Assembly (NCBI GenBank): GCA_025451045.1
Contig: JANWLD010000001.1
Location: forward strand, 471,468 to 535,467
DNA: 64,000 nt
Direction of reading: 5' to 3'
Source of the DNA: Candidatus Saccharimonadales bacterium
GTDB lineage: Bacteria; Patescibacteriota; Saccharimonadia; Saccharimonadales; 2-12-FULL-41-12
The position numbers and the translations under genes were made by a program. Shown one piece after another: positions 44,177-52,620 of this stretch. Below the pieces are notes generated by a model. It made no database searches, was not told where the DNA came from, and saw only the letters and a program-made list of their open reading frames with translations. Position 1 is the stretch's first letter. The number at the start of each line of letters is the position of its first letter.

Positions 44177-45802
44177 ATGGACCCGGAAAAATTATTTTTT
44201 TTAGATAAAAAAGTAGTCAAAAGCGATCGTACGGTCAGCTTGCTTTTTTCGTTGGCGATTACGGTACTGTTGGTATTAGTAGAGCGTGGTACCGTAGAAA
44301 CCTATTCTTTTTCTTATCCGATATTTTGGTTTAACGCGGTTGTCTTTACCTGTCTCGGCATTGTCCAGTTTTTTTGGAACCCTTATAGCAAGAACAAGGT
44401 GCTGGCCTATAGTTTTATTTACGCGATTTGTGGCGCGCTGACCAGTGTATTCATCATTGGTTTTTTGACCCCCTTGGTTTTCTTGGCTTGGCTGTTTTTG
44501 GTTATAACTACCTCAATTTATTTCAAACATTCGGTCTGGTATAGCATGTACGGGGTGTTTGTCTTGAGCGTAGCCGCGTGGGTCATAAAAGAATATGACA
44601 AATTATCTTACGGCAACATCGTGATTGTTGTCTGCGCGGCCGCATTTGTTGGCCTTATCAGCTCTTTTGTTGCCTCAATCTGGGATTTGTATAATCGAGG
44701 GGCCAAACAGCTAAGCACTACTCAAGCCAGCGAAAAATTGGTTTCCGAGCGCCTGGGCAGCCTGATAAACAGTATGATTGACGGCGTGATTGCTACGGAT
44801 GAAGAAGGGCGCATAGCCATTTATAATGGCGCGGCGCTTAACATTTTAGACCTCAACATTGATTTGCATAACAAGACTTTTGCCGCTGCCGGACAGTTTG
44901 TGGACAATAATAATCAAAACATCGATATAGACAATTTCATCAAGAACACTAAGGTACAGGTTATAAATCGAGATTTAAGGCTTAAATATGCCGATGGCAG
45001 CTTGATAAACCTGTATATAAGTATTTCCCCGGTTCATCTTGGCTTCGGCAGAACCGGCGCAAAAGGTTTCGTCGTACTGTTTCGCGACATCACGCGCGAA
45101 AAATCACTGGAAGAAGAAAGGGATGAATTTATCAGCGTGGTTAGCCATGAACTGAGGACGCCTATCGCCATAGCTGAAGGCGAAGTCGGCAATGCCGAAT
45201 ATCTGGCGGATGACAAGTCTGGTAAATCCATACAGATGAAAGACGCGCTTAAACAAGCGCATGATCAGATACTTTTTCTTAGCAATATGATAAACGACCT
45301 GTCTACATTATCCCGCGCGGAACGAGGGGCTCTTAATTTAGATGTTGAAGCTGTGGATTGCAATGAACTTATCAAAGAACTTGAGGTTGACTATACCCCG
45401 GAGGCCGAGAAAAAGGGCCTGAAACTGGAAGTCAGGACTGATTCTGCCGTTGGCAAGCTTAAATCAAGCAAGCTTTATGTTCGGGAAATTTTGCAGAATT
45501 TTATAACCAATGCCATAAAATACACCGAAAAAGGTTCGGTCAGCCTGATAGTGAAACCATATGAAAAAGGCGTGCTTTTTGAGGTAACAGATACAGGTAT
45601 AGGTATCAGTCGAGGCGACCAGGAAAAAGTTTTTGACAAGTTTTTTAGAAGCGAAGATTTTCGTACCCGGGCAACCAACGGCACCGGATTAGGGCTATAT
45701 GTAACCATGAAGCTGGCCCGCCTAATCAAAGCCAAAATTGAACTGAAAAGTGAAATAAACAAAGGCTCGACCTTTTCAATCAGGATTCCCCACCTTGATT
45801 GA
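44177..45802 (+). CDS. Membrane sensor histidine kinase (TM region, PAS-like, HisKA, HATPase_c)
   Basis: H-box VVSHELRTPI, an N-box/G-box region (NAIKYT, DTGIGIS, GTGLGL), and an N-terminal multi-TM region. Confidence 0.9.
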   Translation: MDPEKLFFLDKKVVKSDRTVSLLFSLAITVLLVLVERGTVETYSFSYPIFWFNAVVFTCLGIVQFFWNPYSKNKVLAYSFIYAICGALTSVFIIGFLTPLVFLAWLFLVITTSIYFKHSVWYSMYGVFVLSVAAWVIKEYDKLSYGNIVIVVCAAAFVGLISSFVASIWDLYNRGAKQLSTTQASEKLVSERLGSLINSMIDGVIATDEEGRIAIYNGAALNILDLNIDLHNKTFAAAGQFVDNNNQNIDIDNFIKNTKVQVINRDLRLKYADGSLINLYISISPVHLGFGRTGAKGFVVLFRDITREKSLEEERDEFISVVSHELRTPIAIAEGEVGNAEYLADDKSGKSIQMKDALKQAHDQILFLSNMINDLSTLSRAERGALNLDVEAVDCNELIKELEVDYTPEAEKKGLKLEVRTDSAVGKLKSSKLYVREILQNFITNAIKYTEKGSVSLIVKPYEKGVLFEVTDTGIGISRGDQEKVFDKFFRSEDFRTRATNGTGLGLYVTMKLARLIKAKIELKSEINKGSTFSIRIPHLD

Positions 45803-45811
45803 GATGACCGG

Positions 45812-45840
45812 TTGACAGGGGCTGTATGGTGGTGTATATT
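45812..45840 (+). promoter_or_regulatory. Candidate promoter upstream of secE
   Basis: TTGACA (45812-45817), a 17-nt spacer, then TATATT (45835-45840). Confidence 0.45.
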
Positions 45841-45855
45841 GACTAGACAACGGAC

Positions 45856-45879
45856 AGCTACCTTTATAGGTAGTTTTTT
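45856..45879 (+). terminator. Intrinsic-terminator-like hairpin plus T6 (HK terminator and/or secE leader attenuator)
   Basis: CTACCT (45858-45863), loop TTAT, AGGTAG (45868-45873), then TTTTTT (45874-45879). Confidence 0.55.
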
Positions 45880-45894
45880 AAATTTAGAGGATGT

Positions 45895-46296
45895 ATGGCC
45901 GCCCCAAAGAAGAAGCCAGCCAGTAAAAAATCGACCAAGCCAACCATGCGAGAGTTGGCTAAGTCGAGTAGTTCGCCAAAAAAGCGGACGCTAAAGGAGA
46001 AAAGTTCATCAAGTCTTCGCCCCCTGAAACGTCTTAGGAGGAAGTCAGACAAAAAGCGCAAGTTGCCAAAACTACCGGATAACCGCCTTGGCCGGATATT
46101 GGATAAAATACTGTTTGCTTTACCTCGCTATTTTAAGAATTCCTGGAAAGAAATCCGCCTGACTACATGGCCGGGCCGCCGTGAAACCATCCGATTGACC
46201 TTTGCGGTCTTTATTTTTTCAACAGTCTTCGCGGTTTTTGTAGCTGTCCTGGATTTCGGGCTCGATAAATTGTTTAAACATCTGGTAACCAAATAA
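45895..46296 (+). CDS. secE: Preprotein translocase subunit SecE with ~70-aa K/S/R-rich N-terminal extension
   Basis: The C-terminal segment FKNSWKEIRLTTWPGRRETIRLTFAVFIFSTVFAVFVAVLDFGL is SecE-like, and the gene lies immediately upstream of nusG. Confidence 0.88.
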   Translation: MAAPKKKPASKKSTKPTMRELAKSSSSPKKRTLKEKSSSSLRPLKRLRRKSDKKRKLPKLPDNRLGRILDKILFALPRYFKNSWKEIRLTTWPGRRETIRLTFAVFIFSTVFAVFVAVLDFGLDKLFKHLVTK

Positions 46297-46308
46297 GAAA
46301 GGCGCAAT

Positions 46309-46851
46309 ATGGCTAAACGATACGACGAAACAAAGAACTGGTACGCGATACACACTTACAGCGGCTATGAAGAAAAAGTGGCCGAAAGTATCCGCCAGCG
46401 GGCAGAAAGCCTTGATATGGCTGACAAGATTTTTGAAGTGCTGGTACCCAAAGAAAAAATGATTGAGATTAAAAACGGCAAGCGCAAAGTCGTTGAAAAA
46501 CGAATTTTCCAAGGTTACGTACTGGTACATATGAAGTTGACTGAGGATGCTTGGTATATCGTGCGCAACACGCCAAATGTTACCGGCTTTGTCGGTACCG
46601 GAATCGACCCTACGCCTATAAGCGAAGACGAGCTGGAAAAAATCCACAAACGAATGGGTCTAGACCAGCCAAAGCACAAAATCGACCTTAAAAAAGGCGA
46701 AGTTGTCAGTATTGTCGACGGGCCGTTCAAAGGTTTTGACGGTTCTATCAACGAAATTGACGAAACTAAAGGCAAACTTAAGGTGCTGGTCAACATGTTT
46801 GGCCGCGAAACCCCGGTGGAACTTGATACATTGCAGGTAAAGAAGGTCTAG
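46309..46851 (+). CDS. nusG: Transcription termination/antitermination factor NusG
   Basis: 180 aa, starting WYAIHTYSGYEEKV and ending in a KOW domain (GEVVSIVDGPFKGFDGSI). Confidence 0.95.
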   Translation: MAKRYDETKNWYAIHTYSGYEEKVAESIRQRAESLDMADKIFEVLVPKEKMIEIKNGKRKVVEKRIFQGYVLVHMKLTEDAWYIVRNTPNVTGFVGTGIDPTPISEDELEKIHKRMGLDQPKHKIDLKKGEVVSIVDGPFKGFDGSINEIDETKGKLKVLVNMFGRETPVELDTLQVKKV

Positions 46852-46852
46852 G

Positions 46853-47059
46853 ATGAAGGGAGAGATACTAGAAACACTAAAGCAGATAGAAGTAAAACCT
46901 TTGGGAGACAGCATGATAGTCTGCGCAGCCGGAGGAGCCGGCATTGTCGGAGAAACCACGGGTAGTACTCTCGCCACGGTATTCGGCGCTTTAGGAGGCG
47001 CAGCCATTGGGGCTAAATTTGAAATTAGTAGACAAAGGAGTTATATCTATGGCAGATAA
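46853..47059 (+). CDS. Small glycine-zipper hydrophobic protein (68 aa) between nusG and rplK
   Basis: The ATG lies 1 nt after the nusG TAG, with GAAGG about 9 nt upstream. The stop overlaps the rplK start by 11 nt. The core CAAGGAGIVGETTGSTLATVFGALGGAAIGAKF has repeated GxxxG. Confidence 0.55.
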   Translation: MKGEILETLKQIEVKPLGDSMIVCAAGGAGIVGETTGSTLATVFGALGGAAIGAKFEISRQRSYIYGR

Positions 47060-47477
47060 GAAAGTAATAAAAGCGAACTTAAAAATGCGCATCCCGGCCG
47101 GCAAGGCTAGCGCTGCGCCTCCCGTCGGTAGTACATTGGGACAATATGGTGTAAATATGATGGACTTTATAACCCCTTTCAATGACCAGACCAAGGAGAT
47201 GAAAGGCGTTTTGACAGCTCATATCACTATTTATGACGACCGAAGCATGGATTTTAGGGTTGTCAGCGAAGCAGTTGACGAGCAAATCCGTGCTAAGTTG
47301 AATATACAAAAAGGCTCCGGCAAGCCCAATACCGAGAAAATTGCCAAGAAACTGTCCGATGCCGATTTAACCGCAATTGCCGAGAACAAGGCCAAAGACA
47401 TGAATACCGACGACATTGACGCGGTTAAAAAGATGGTCGCCGGCACCGCCCGCAGTATGGGCGTAGAAATAGGATAG
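47049..47477 (+). CDS. rplK: 50S ribosomal protein L11
   Basis: MADKKVIKANLKMRIPAGKASAAPPVGSTLGQYGVNMMDF is canonical L11. AAGGAG lies at 47034-47039, so the track start at 47007 is rejected. Confidence 0.95.
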   Translation: MADKKVIKANLKMRIPAGKASAAPPVGSTLGQYGVNMMDFITPFNDQTKEMKGVLTAHITIYDDRSMDFRVVSEAVDEQIRAKLNIQKGSGKPNTEKIAKKLSDADLTAIAENKAKDMNTDDIDAVKKMVAGTARSMGVEIG

Positions 47478-47534
47478 TAAATAAATTTGTGGGAGTCCGC
47501 CGTGGCGGACGCAAGCACCACGAAAGGAGAAACC

Positions 47535-48596
47535 ATGGCGGAAGCCAAAAAGACAGCTAAAAGCGGACAGCTAAAAGCGGACAGTAAAAAAACTAAAAAG
47601 ATAGAGAAGTTAAAACCCGGAGCAAAAGAAAAACTAAAGAAAGCCTCGGGAAAAGTAGAAACCTCTGTTAAAGAAGAAAAGCTAACAGATAAGGCCGTAA
47701 AAAAAGCAGTAGTATCTGACACCGCAGAGGCAGAAAAACTCGCCACAGAGCCTGAAAACCCGCCAAAAACGGCAAAGGCGGGCAAAAGAAGCGCTAAATC
47801 CATAGCTGATGCAGAGGAAAAACAGGCTAAAGAAGAACGAAAGAAAGAAGATACGCCCGAAGAACTCTCCAAGCTTAAAATCCAGCAGAAACCGCCGCGT
47901 TCAAAACTGGAACGCCGCAGTAAGAATTATCGTGAAAAAGCCAAACTTATAGATAAGTCCAAAGATTATAAGCTTGAGGAAGCACTGGATTTAGCCTGTA
48001 AAACTTCTTCGGTCAAATTTGATGCCACAATTGAGCTGCACATCAGGTTGAATGTCGATCCTAAGCAAGCTGACCAGAACATTCGTGACAGTATAGTCCT
48101 GCCTGCCGGCAGCGGCAAAAGTGTCCGGATTGCAGTTTTTGCCGACGAGATAAATGCCAAAAAAGCCAAATCGGCCGGTGCTGAGATAGTCGGCGAAGAT
48201 GAGATCACCAATCTTATAGACAAAGGCCAGATTGAATTTGACGTTTTAATAGCTATGCCTAACCTGATGGTTAAACTGGCTAAGTACGCCAAAGTCCTGG
48301 GGCCTAAAGGCTTAATGCCCAATCCGAAAAGCGGCACCGTCACAGCGGATGTAGCCAAAGCGGTCGAGCAAGCCAAGGCCGGCAAGATTGAATACCGGGT
48401 AGATGGCGGCGGCATAATACACACCGGTATCGGCAAAGTCAGTTTCGGGACAAAAAAACTGCAAAATAACGCTCAAGTGCTAATAAGCTCGATTAAGCAA
48501 AATAAACCGGCATCCATTAAAGGCAGTTATATGCTTTCGATTTATGCGACGACAACCATGGGACCGTCGATTCCGGTCGAACTTTCGGGTTTGTAA
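47535..48596 (+). CDS. rplA: 50S ribosomal protein L1 with ~125-aa K/E/A-rich N-terminal extension
   Basis: The L1 core begins near ...RSKNYREKAKLIDKSKDYKLEEALDL...DPKQADQNIR. The ATG at 47535 follows AAAGGAG, and the GTG at 47487 is the track alternative. Confidence 0.9.
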   Translation: MAEAKKTAKSGQLKADSKKTKKIEKLKPGAKEKLKKASGKVETSVKEEKLTDKAVKKAVVSDTAEAEKLATEPENPPKTAKAGKRSAKSIADAEEKQAKEERKKEDTPEELSKLKIQQKPPRSKLERRSKNYREKAKLIDKSKDYKLEEALDLACKTSSVKFDATIELHIRLNVDPKQADQNIRDSIVLPAGSGKSVRIAVFADEINAKKAKSAGAEIVGEDEITNLIDKGQIEFDVLIAMPNLMVKLAKYAKVLGPKGLMPNPKSGTVTADVAKAVEQAKAGKIEYRVDGGGIIHTGIGKVSFGTKKLQNNAQVLISSIKQNKPASIKGSYMLSIYATTTMGPSIPVELSGL

Positions 48597-48651
48597 TAAT
48601 TACATTACGGTAGCTGGACGATAAACGGTACAATTGTAAATAGCCGATATT

Positions 48652-49368
48652 ATGGGAGTTTATAGCAATACAGAAATCAGACAGGCTTTGAAAGAGGGGC
48701 ATATACTTTGCACGCCCTTTGATCCGAAACATGTATCCCATGCCAGCTTGGACGTCACGCTAGGCTATTATTACTACCGTACTGAACGGATGAGCGGCAA
48801 GCTAATGTATAACCCTTTTGATGAAGTCGACGTCGCGCGCTACTTTGACGGCGCGCTCAAGGCCGTACCGCACGGCGATTGGTGCGTTAAAAACGGTTTT
48901 GCCCCGCAAAAAGGCATTCCAAAAAACCACCCGGTTATCCCGATAAAGCCGGGCGAGCGGATACTTGCCCATACGCATGAGTTCTTCGGTATCAAACCGC
49001 CCGGGGCTTATGAGATAAAATCTCGCTCCAGTTGGGGGCGCAATGGCATAGCCGTTTGTTTTGATGCCGGCTGGGTAGACCCCGGCTATATCAACCGCCT
49101 GACACTTGAGATTTTCAACCTGAACCAGAACGAACTGGTTTTACTGCCGGTTGGCGAACGCATTGGCCAAGCGATATTTCATCATACCGGTGAAGTTGAC
49201 GGGAACTACGGCGAAGGCCGGCACGGCGGTTTTAGCGGTAAATACCAATCCGGTACAAATTTGGATAAATTGATAAAAAACTGGAAGCCGGAGCTGATGT
49301 TGCCGAAGGCTTATTTGGATAAGCGGTCGCTACCGCAGAAGATAAAAGGCCTAAACTCATATGAATAG
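48652..49368 (+). CDS. dcd: dCTP deaminase / dUTPase-superfamily protein
   Basis: The N-terminus NTEIRQALKEGHILCTPFDPKHVSHASLDVTLG is dCTP-deaminase-like. At 238 aa it is longer than typical Dcd proteins. Confidence 0.75.
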   Translation: MGVYSNTEIRQALKEGHILCTPFDPKHVSHASLDVTLGYYYYRTERMSGKLMYNPFDEVDVARYFDGALKAVPHGDWCVKNGFAPQKGIPKNHPVIPIKPGERILAHTHEFFGIKPPGAYEIKSRSSWGRNGIAVCFDAGWVDPGYINRLTLEIFNLNQNELVLLPVGERIGQAIFHHTGEVDGNYGEGRHGGFSGKYQSGTNLDKLIKNWKPELMLPKAYLDKRSLPQKIKGLNSYE

Positions 49369-49576
49369 AAGCCATACCGATATTCTATTGCCGACTGCAA
49401 ACTGCAATTTACGGACTGCAAAGTCATCACTGTTCGTCAATGTAACTACTGTTATACTTCCTCTCATTGCTGGCTTTTCGTCACATAACTTGAAGTTTTC
49501 GCAAAGGAAAAGAATACCGGATGACTCCTAGACTTCTCCCCGCAAAAGCCAGTAAAATGGGTGGGAGGAGTTAGTT

Positions 49577-51877
49577 ATGGCGGAAAAAAAGGGAACATTC
49601 ATCGTCTTGGAAGGTACCGACGGTGCCGGCAAGTCTACCCAATTTCGTTTGCTTTCGGATAAACTCAAGAAAAACGGCTATAAGGTCGAGCAGTTCCAAT
49701 TTCCGCAGTACGACGAGCCGTCCAGCTACTTTATAAAACAGTATTTAGCCGGCAATCTTGGCTCATCCGAAGAGATTGGCCCGTATACCGCTTCTATGTT
49801 TTTCGCGCTTGATAGGTTCCGGGCGGCTGTAAAAATTCAAAAGGCATTAGACGAGGGTAGGGTCGTCATTGCCGATCGCTTCACCGGCTCCAACATGGCT
49901 CATCAGGGGGTATTGTTTGATAATGCCGAGCAACGCCGAGGCTTTTTCATTTGGCTGGATCAGATAGAGTTTGAAATGTTTAAAATACCGCGGCCTGACA
50001 TATCACTGGTGCTTCGAGTACCGGCCGAAGTCGCGGCTAAGAATGTCGACAAACGCGGTAATAAAAAGGATATCCATGAGCGCAGCCTGAAGCATATGCA
50101 AAGGTCTGTAGAGGTTTATGATAACCTTTGCCAGTTGTTTCCCAAAGACTTCAAACAGATTGACTGCGCGCGCTCCGGCGAGATATTGGACGAAAAACTG
50201 ATAAGCGACCGGGTTTGGGAAACAGCTTTGGCTTACATTCCAGACGGTGAAAAATTAAAAAAAAAGATAAACGGAAATATTAAACAAGATAATGCTTATT
50301 TATCAAAAGACGGCGGCGTTACAAGGATTACCGAAGAAGGGCATCGTTATCTTGAACCGCTGCTGACTAACAGTAGGAGCGATGTCTACGCTTTTACCGA
50401 CAAGCTATCATCCCAGACCATTGCCGCCGCCATGGCCCGGCTGAGCCGCCGCGGTGATGATATGCGCGTAACCTTGTTGGATGAGTTCGCAAGCGTAGCC
50501 GGCAAGGACGAGCAGCTGCTTAAACGCGTAATTACCGCGTACGGCGATGATTCCGTGCAACAACTGGTCGGCCAGCATGTAGTGGTAGAAAATGCGAGTA
50601 ACTTGCTGACCAAGAAGCTTGAATGGGGCCGCCTAGCCGCTTATCTGGAACAATCAACCCGCTATATCTATTTTGATAAGAAAAATGAGCTAGGGAACTA
50701 TCGATACCATCGCCTGCCCTACCTCAAAAAAGACATCGAGAAAACTTATAACGCTACGCTGGACAGGATTTTCGATATTTACTCAAATATGGTAGCAAAA
50801 TTGACTGATTACGTTCGTCAACATTCGTCTGTCCCGGAGGATGAGCGTGATATCGCTTGGAAAGGCGCGACCCGTGCCCAAGCCTGCGATGCTGCCCGCT
50901 CGGTTTTGCCTGTCGCTACGACTGCCACAGTTGGTATATTTGCTTCAGGCCAAGCCCTGGAAAGCTTGATTATGCACCTGCTCAGCGATGAATTGGCCGA
51001 ATCCCACGAAGTCGGACGACTGCTTTTAGCCGAAGGGCGTAAAGTCGTCCCGGCCTTTTTAGAGCGGGTTGATATTAACGAACGCGGCGTTCTGGCCATG
51101 GGCTACCGTGCCTTCACCCGAGAAAATACGAAAGATATAGCCAATGAACTTTTGCCAAACAAGATAAGCGGCGATTTTGACAGTGTCAATTTATCAGATG
51201 TCTGGCCAAAGAATGAGCTGGATATAGTCCCTGATATCTTATACGAACACAGCTCGCTTTCACTGAATGAGATAAAAGACGAGGTAGAAAAGCTATCGAT
51301 TGCCAAGAAGAAAAAAGTCATTCAAAGCTACATTGGCGAGCGATATAACCGCCGGCACAAACCCGGCCGGGCGTTTGAAAAAATACATTATTCGTGGGAT
51401 ATCCTGTGCGATTACGGTATTTTCCGTGATTTGCAAAGGCATCGTATGGTTGACGACCTCGAGTGGCAAATGTTGACGCCGCGCTATGGCTATGAAGTCC
51501 CTGAGCTGGTCGTTGACGCGGGACTAACAGAAGCGTTTGAAAAATGTTTTGACCTAAGCCTTTCGCTTTATAGCCTGATGCAGAAGAATGGCTATGAGCA
51601 GGAAGCGCAGTACGCGACTCTGCTAGGCCACCGGATGCGCTGGAAAATGACTTTCAACGCCCGTGAGGCGTATCATTTTATAGAGTTGCGAAGTAGTCCG
51701 CAGGGACATCCGGCTTACCGCAAAATTGCCCAACAAATCTATGAAAAAATCGCCGAAGTCCATCCGATAATCGCCGACGGGATGAAGTTTATCAATCAGG
51801 ACGAAAACGCCGAATTAACCCGTTTGGCCGCCGAACGCTACACCCAGAAAAAACTCGCCCAACTCGATATGGGTTGA
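49577..51877 (+). CDS. Fusion protein: thymidylate kinase (N-terminal ~215 aa) + flavin-dependent thymidylate synthase ThyX (long, ~550 aa)
   Basis: The Tmk part carries FIVLEGTDGAGKSTQ and DRF. The ThyX part carries LQRHRMV...TPRYG, ELRSSPQGHPAYR, and an upstream degenerate ThyX-like half (...EQSTRYIYF). It is one uninterrupted 766-aa frame. Confidence 0.85.
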   Translation: MAEKKGTFIVLEGTDGAGKSTQFRLLSDKLKKNGYKVEQFQFPQYDEPSSYFIKQYLAGNLGSSEEIGPYTASMFFALDRFRAAVKIQKALDEGRVVIADRFTGSNMAHQGVLFDNAEQRRGFFIWLDQIEFEMFKIPRPDISLVLRVPAEVAAKNVDKRGNKKDIHERSLKHMQRSVEVYDNLCQLFPKDFKQIDCARSGEILDEKLISDRVWETALAYIPDGEKLKKKINGNIKQDNAYLSKDGGVTRITEEGHRYLEPLLTNSRSDVYAFTDKLSSQTIAAAMARLSRRGDDMRVTLLDEFASVAGKDEQLLKRVITAYGDDSVQQLVGQHVVVENASNLLTKKLEWGRLAAYLEQSTRYIYFDKKNELGNYRYHRLPYLKKDIEKTYNATLDRIFDIYSNMVAKLTDYVRQHSSVPEDERDIAWKGATRAQACDAARSVLPVATTATVGIFASGQALESLIMHLLSDELAESHEVGRLLLAEGRKVVPAFLERVDINERGVLAMGYRAFTRENTKDIANELLPNKISGDFDSVNLSDVWPKNELDIVPDILYEHSSLSLNEIKDEVEKLSIAKKKKVIQSYIGERYNRRHKPGRAFEKIHYSWDILCDYGIFRDLQRHRMVDDLEWQMLTPRYGYEVPELVVDAGLTEAFEKCFDLSLSLYSLMQKNGYEQEAQYATLLGHRMRWKMTFNAREAYHFIELRSSPQGHPAYRKIAQQIYEKIAEVHPIIADGMKFINQDENAELTRLAAERYTQKKLAQLDMG

Positions 51878-51982
51878 GTCGCAAGGCCAAAGGTGTTAAA
51901 ATATTGATAGTTACCCGAAGACAGCGACGTTGTGAAAACACTTGAAAAAGTCGCCGAGGCGAATAAATAAGCTCTCAATAAG

Positions 51983-52008
51983 TCTTTGGTTTACGCCAAA
52001 GATTTTTT
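51983..52008 (+). terminator. Hairpin plus T6 in the rplJ leader (candidate L10-leader attenuator)
   Basis: TCTTTGG (51983-51989), loop TTTACG, CCAAAGA (51996-52002), then TTTTTT (52003-52008), located 65 nt upstream of the rplJ ATG. Confidence 0.55.
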
Positions 52009-52072
52009 AATGGTAACTGCTTTTGACCAAGGTCGAAGTCACAAGTTAACAGATAAAAGGAGAAGCCGCACT

Positions 52073-52603
52073 ATGGCTTTAACTAAGCTCAAAAAAGAAG
52101 AGGTTGTGCGTGAAGTCAGCGAATTGCTGGATTCTTCAAAATTGACGGTAATTGCCAACTATCAAGGCACCAGCGTCAAACAGCTTCAAACCTTAAGAAA
52201 AGATGCGAAAGACGGCGGCACGAAGGTAAAAGTGCTCAAAAACCGCTTAGTCATCAAGGCCTTGCAGTCCCAGGATAAATACAAAGCGATTGATACGGTG
52301 AAGTTTAACCAACAGCTTATTTATGCTTTTAACTCTGAGGATGAAGTCGCACCGGCTCAAGCTTTTGCAAATTTTGCGAAGAAGCACCAAAGCTTGGAAT
52401 TCGTGGGCGCAATCTCAGAAGACGGCCAGTTTATGGAAGCTGGCGATGTCAAACAATTGGCGGCATTGCCAAGCAAGGATCAGTTGCGCGGACAGCTGGT
52501 GGGGCTATTTAGCGCTCCGCAAAGAGGACTGGTAACAGTCCTTTCCGGCAATATCCGCGGTGTTTTAAATGTATTAAACGCACGTTCGGAAAATATAAGT
52601 TAA
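52073..52603 (+). CDS. rplJ: 50S ribosomal protein L10
   Basis: The ATG at 52073 follows AAAGGAG, and the L10-like translation begins MALTKLKKEEVV. The track start at 51986 is rejected. Confidence 0.93.
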   Translation: MALTKLKKEEVVREVSELLDSSKLTVIANYQGTSVKQLQTLRKDAKDGGTKVKVLKNRLVIKALQSQDKYKAIDTVKFNQQLIYAFNSEDEVAPAQAFANFAKKHQSLEFVGAISEDGQFMEAGDVKQLAALPSKDQLRGQLVGLFSAPQRGLVTVLSGNIRGVLNVLNARSENIS

Positions 52604-52620
52604 TCAAATAAGGAGAAAAT

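Noticed and set aside
47231-47872. 213-aa minus-strand ORF rich in S/A/F across rplK and the rplA N-terminal extension
   Set aside because: It is the mirror image of the K/E/A-rich coding sequence (the AAG/GAA/GCN complement yields CTT/TTC/NGC codons). It has low complexity and no start context.
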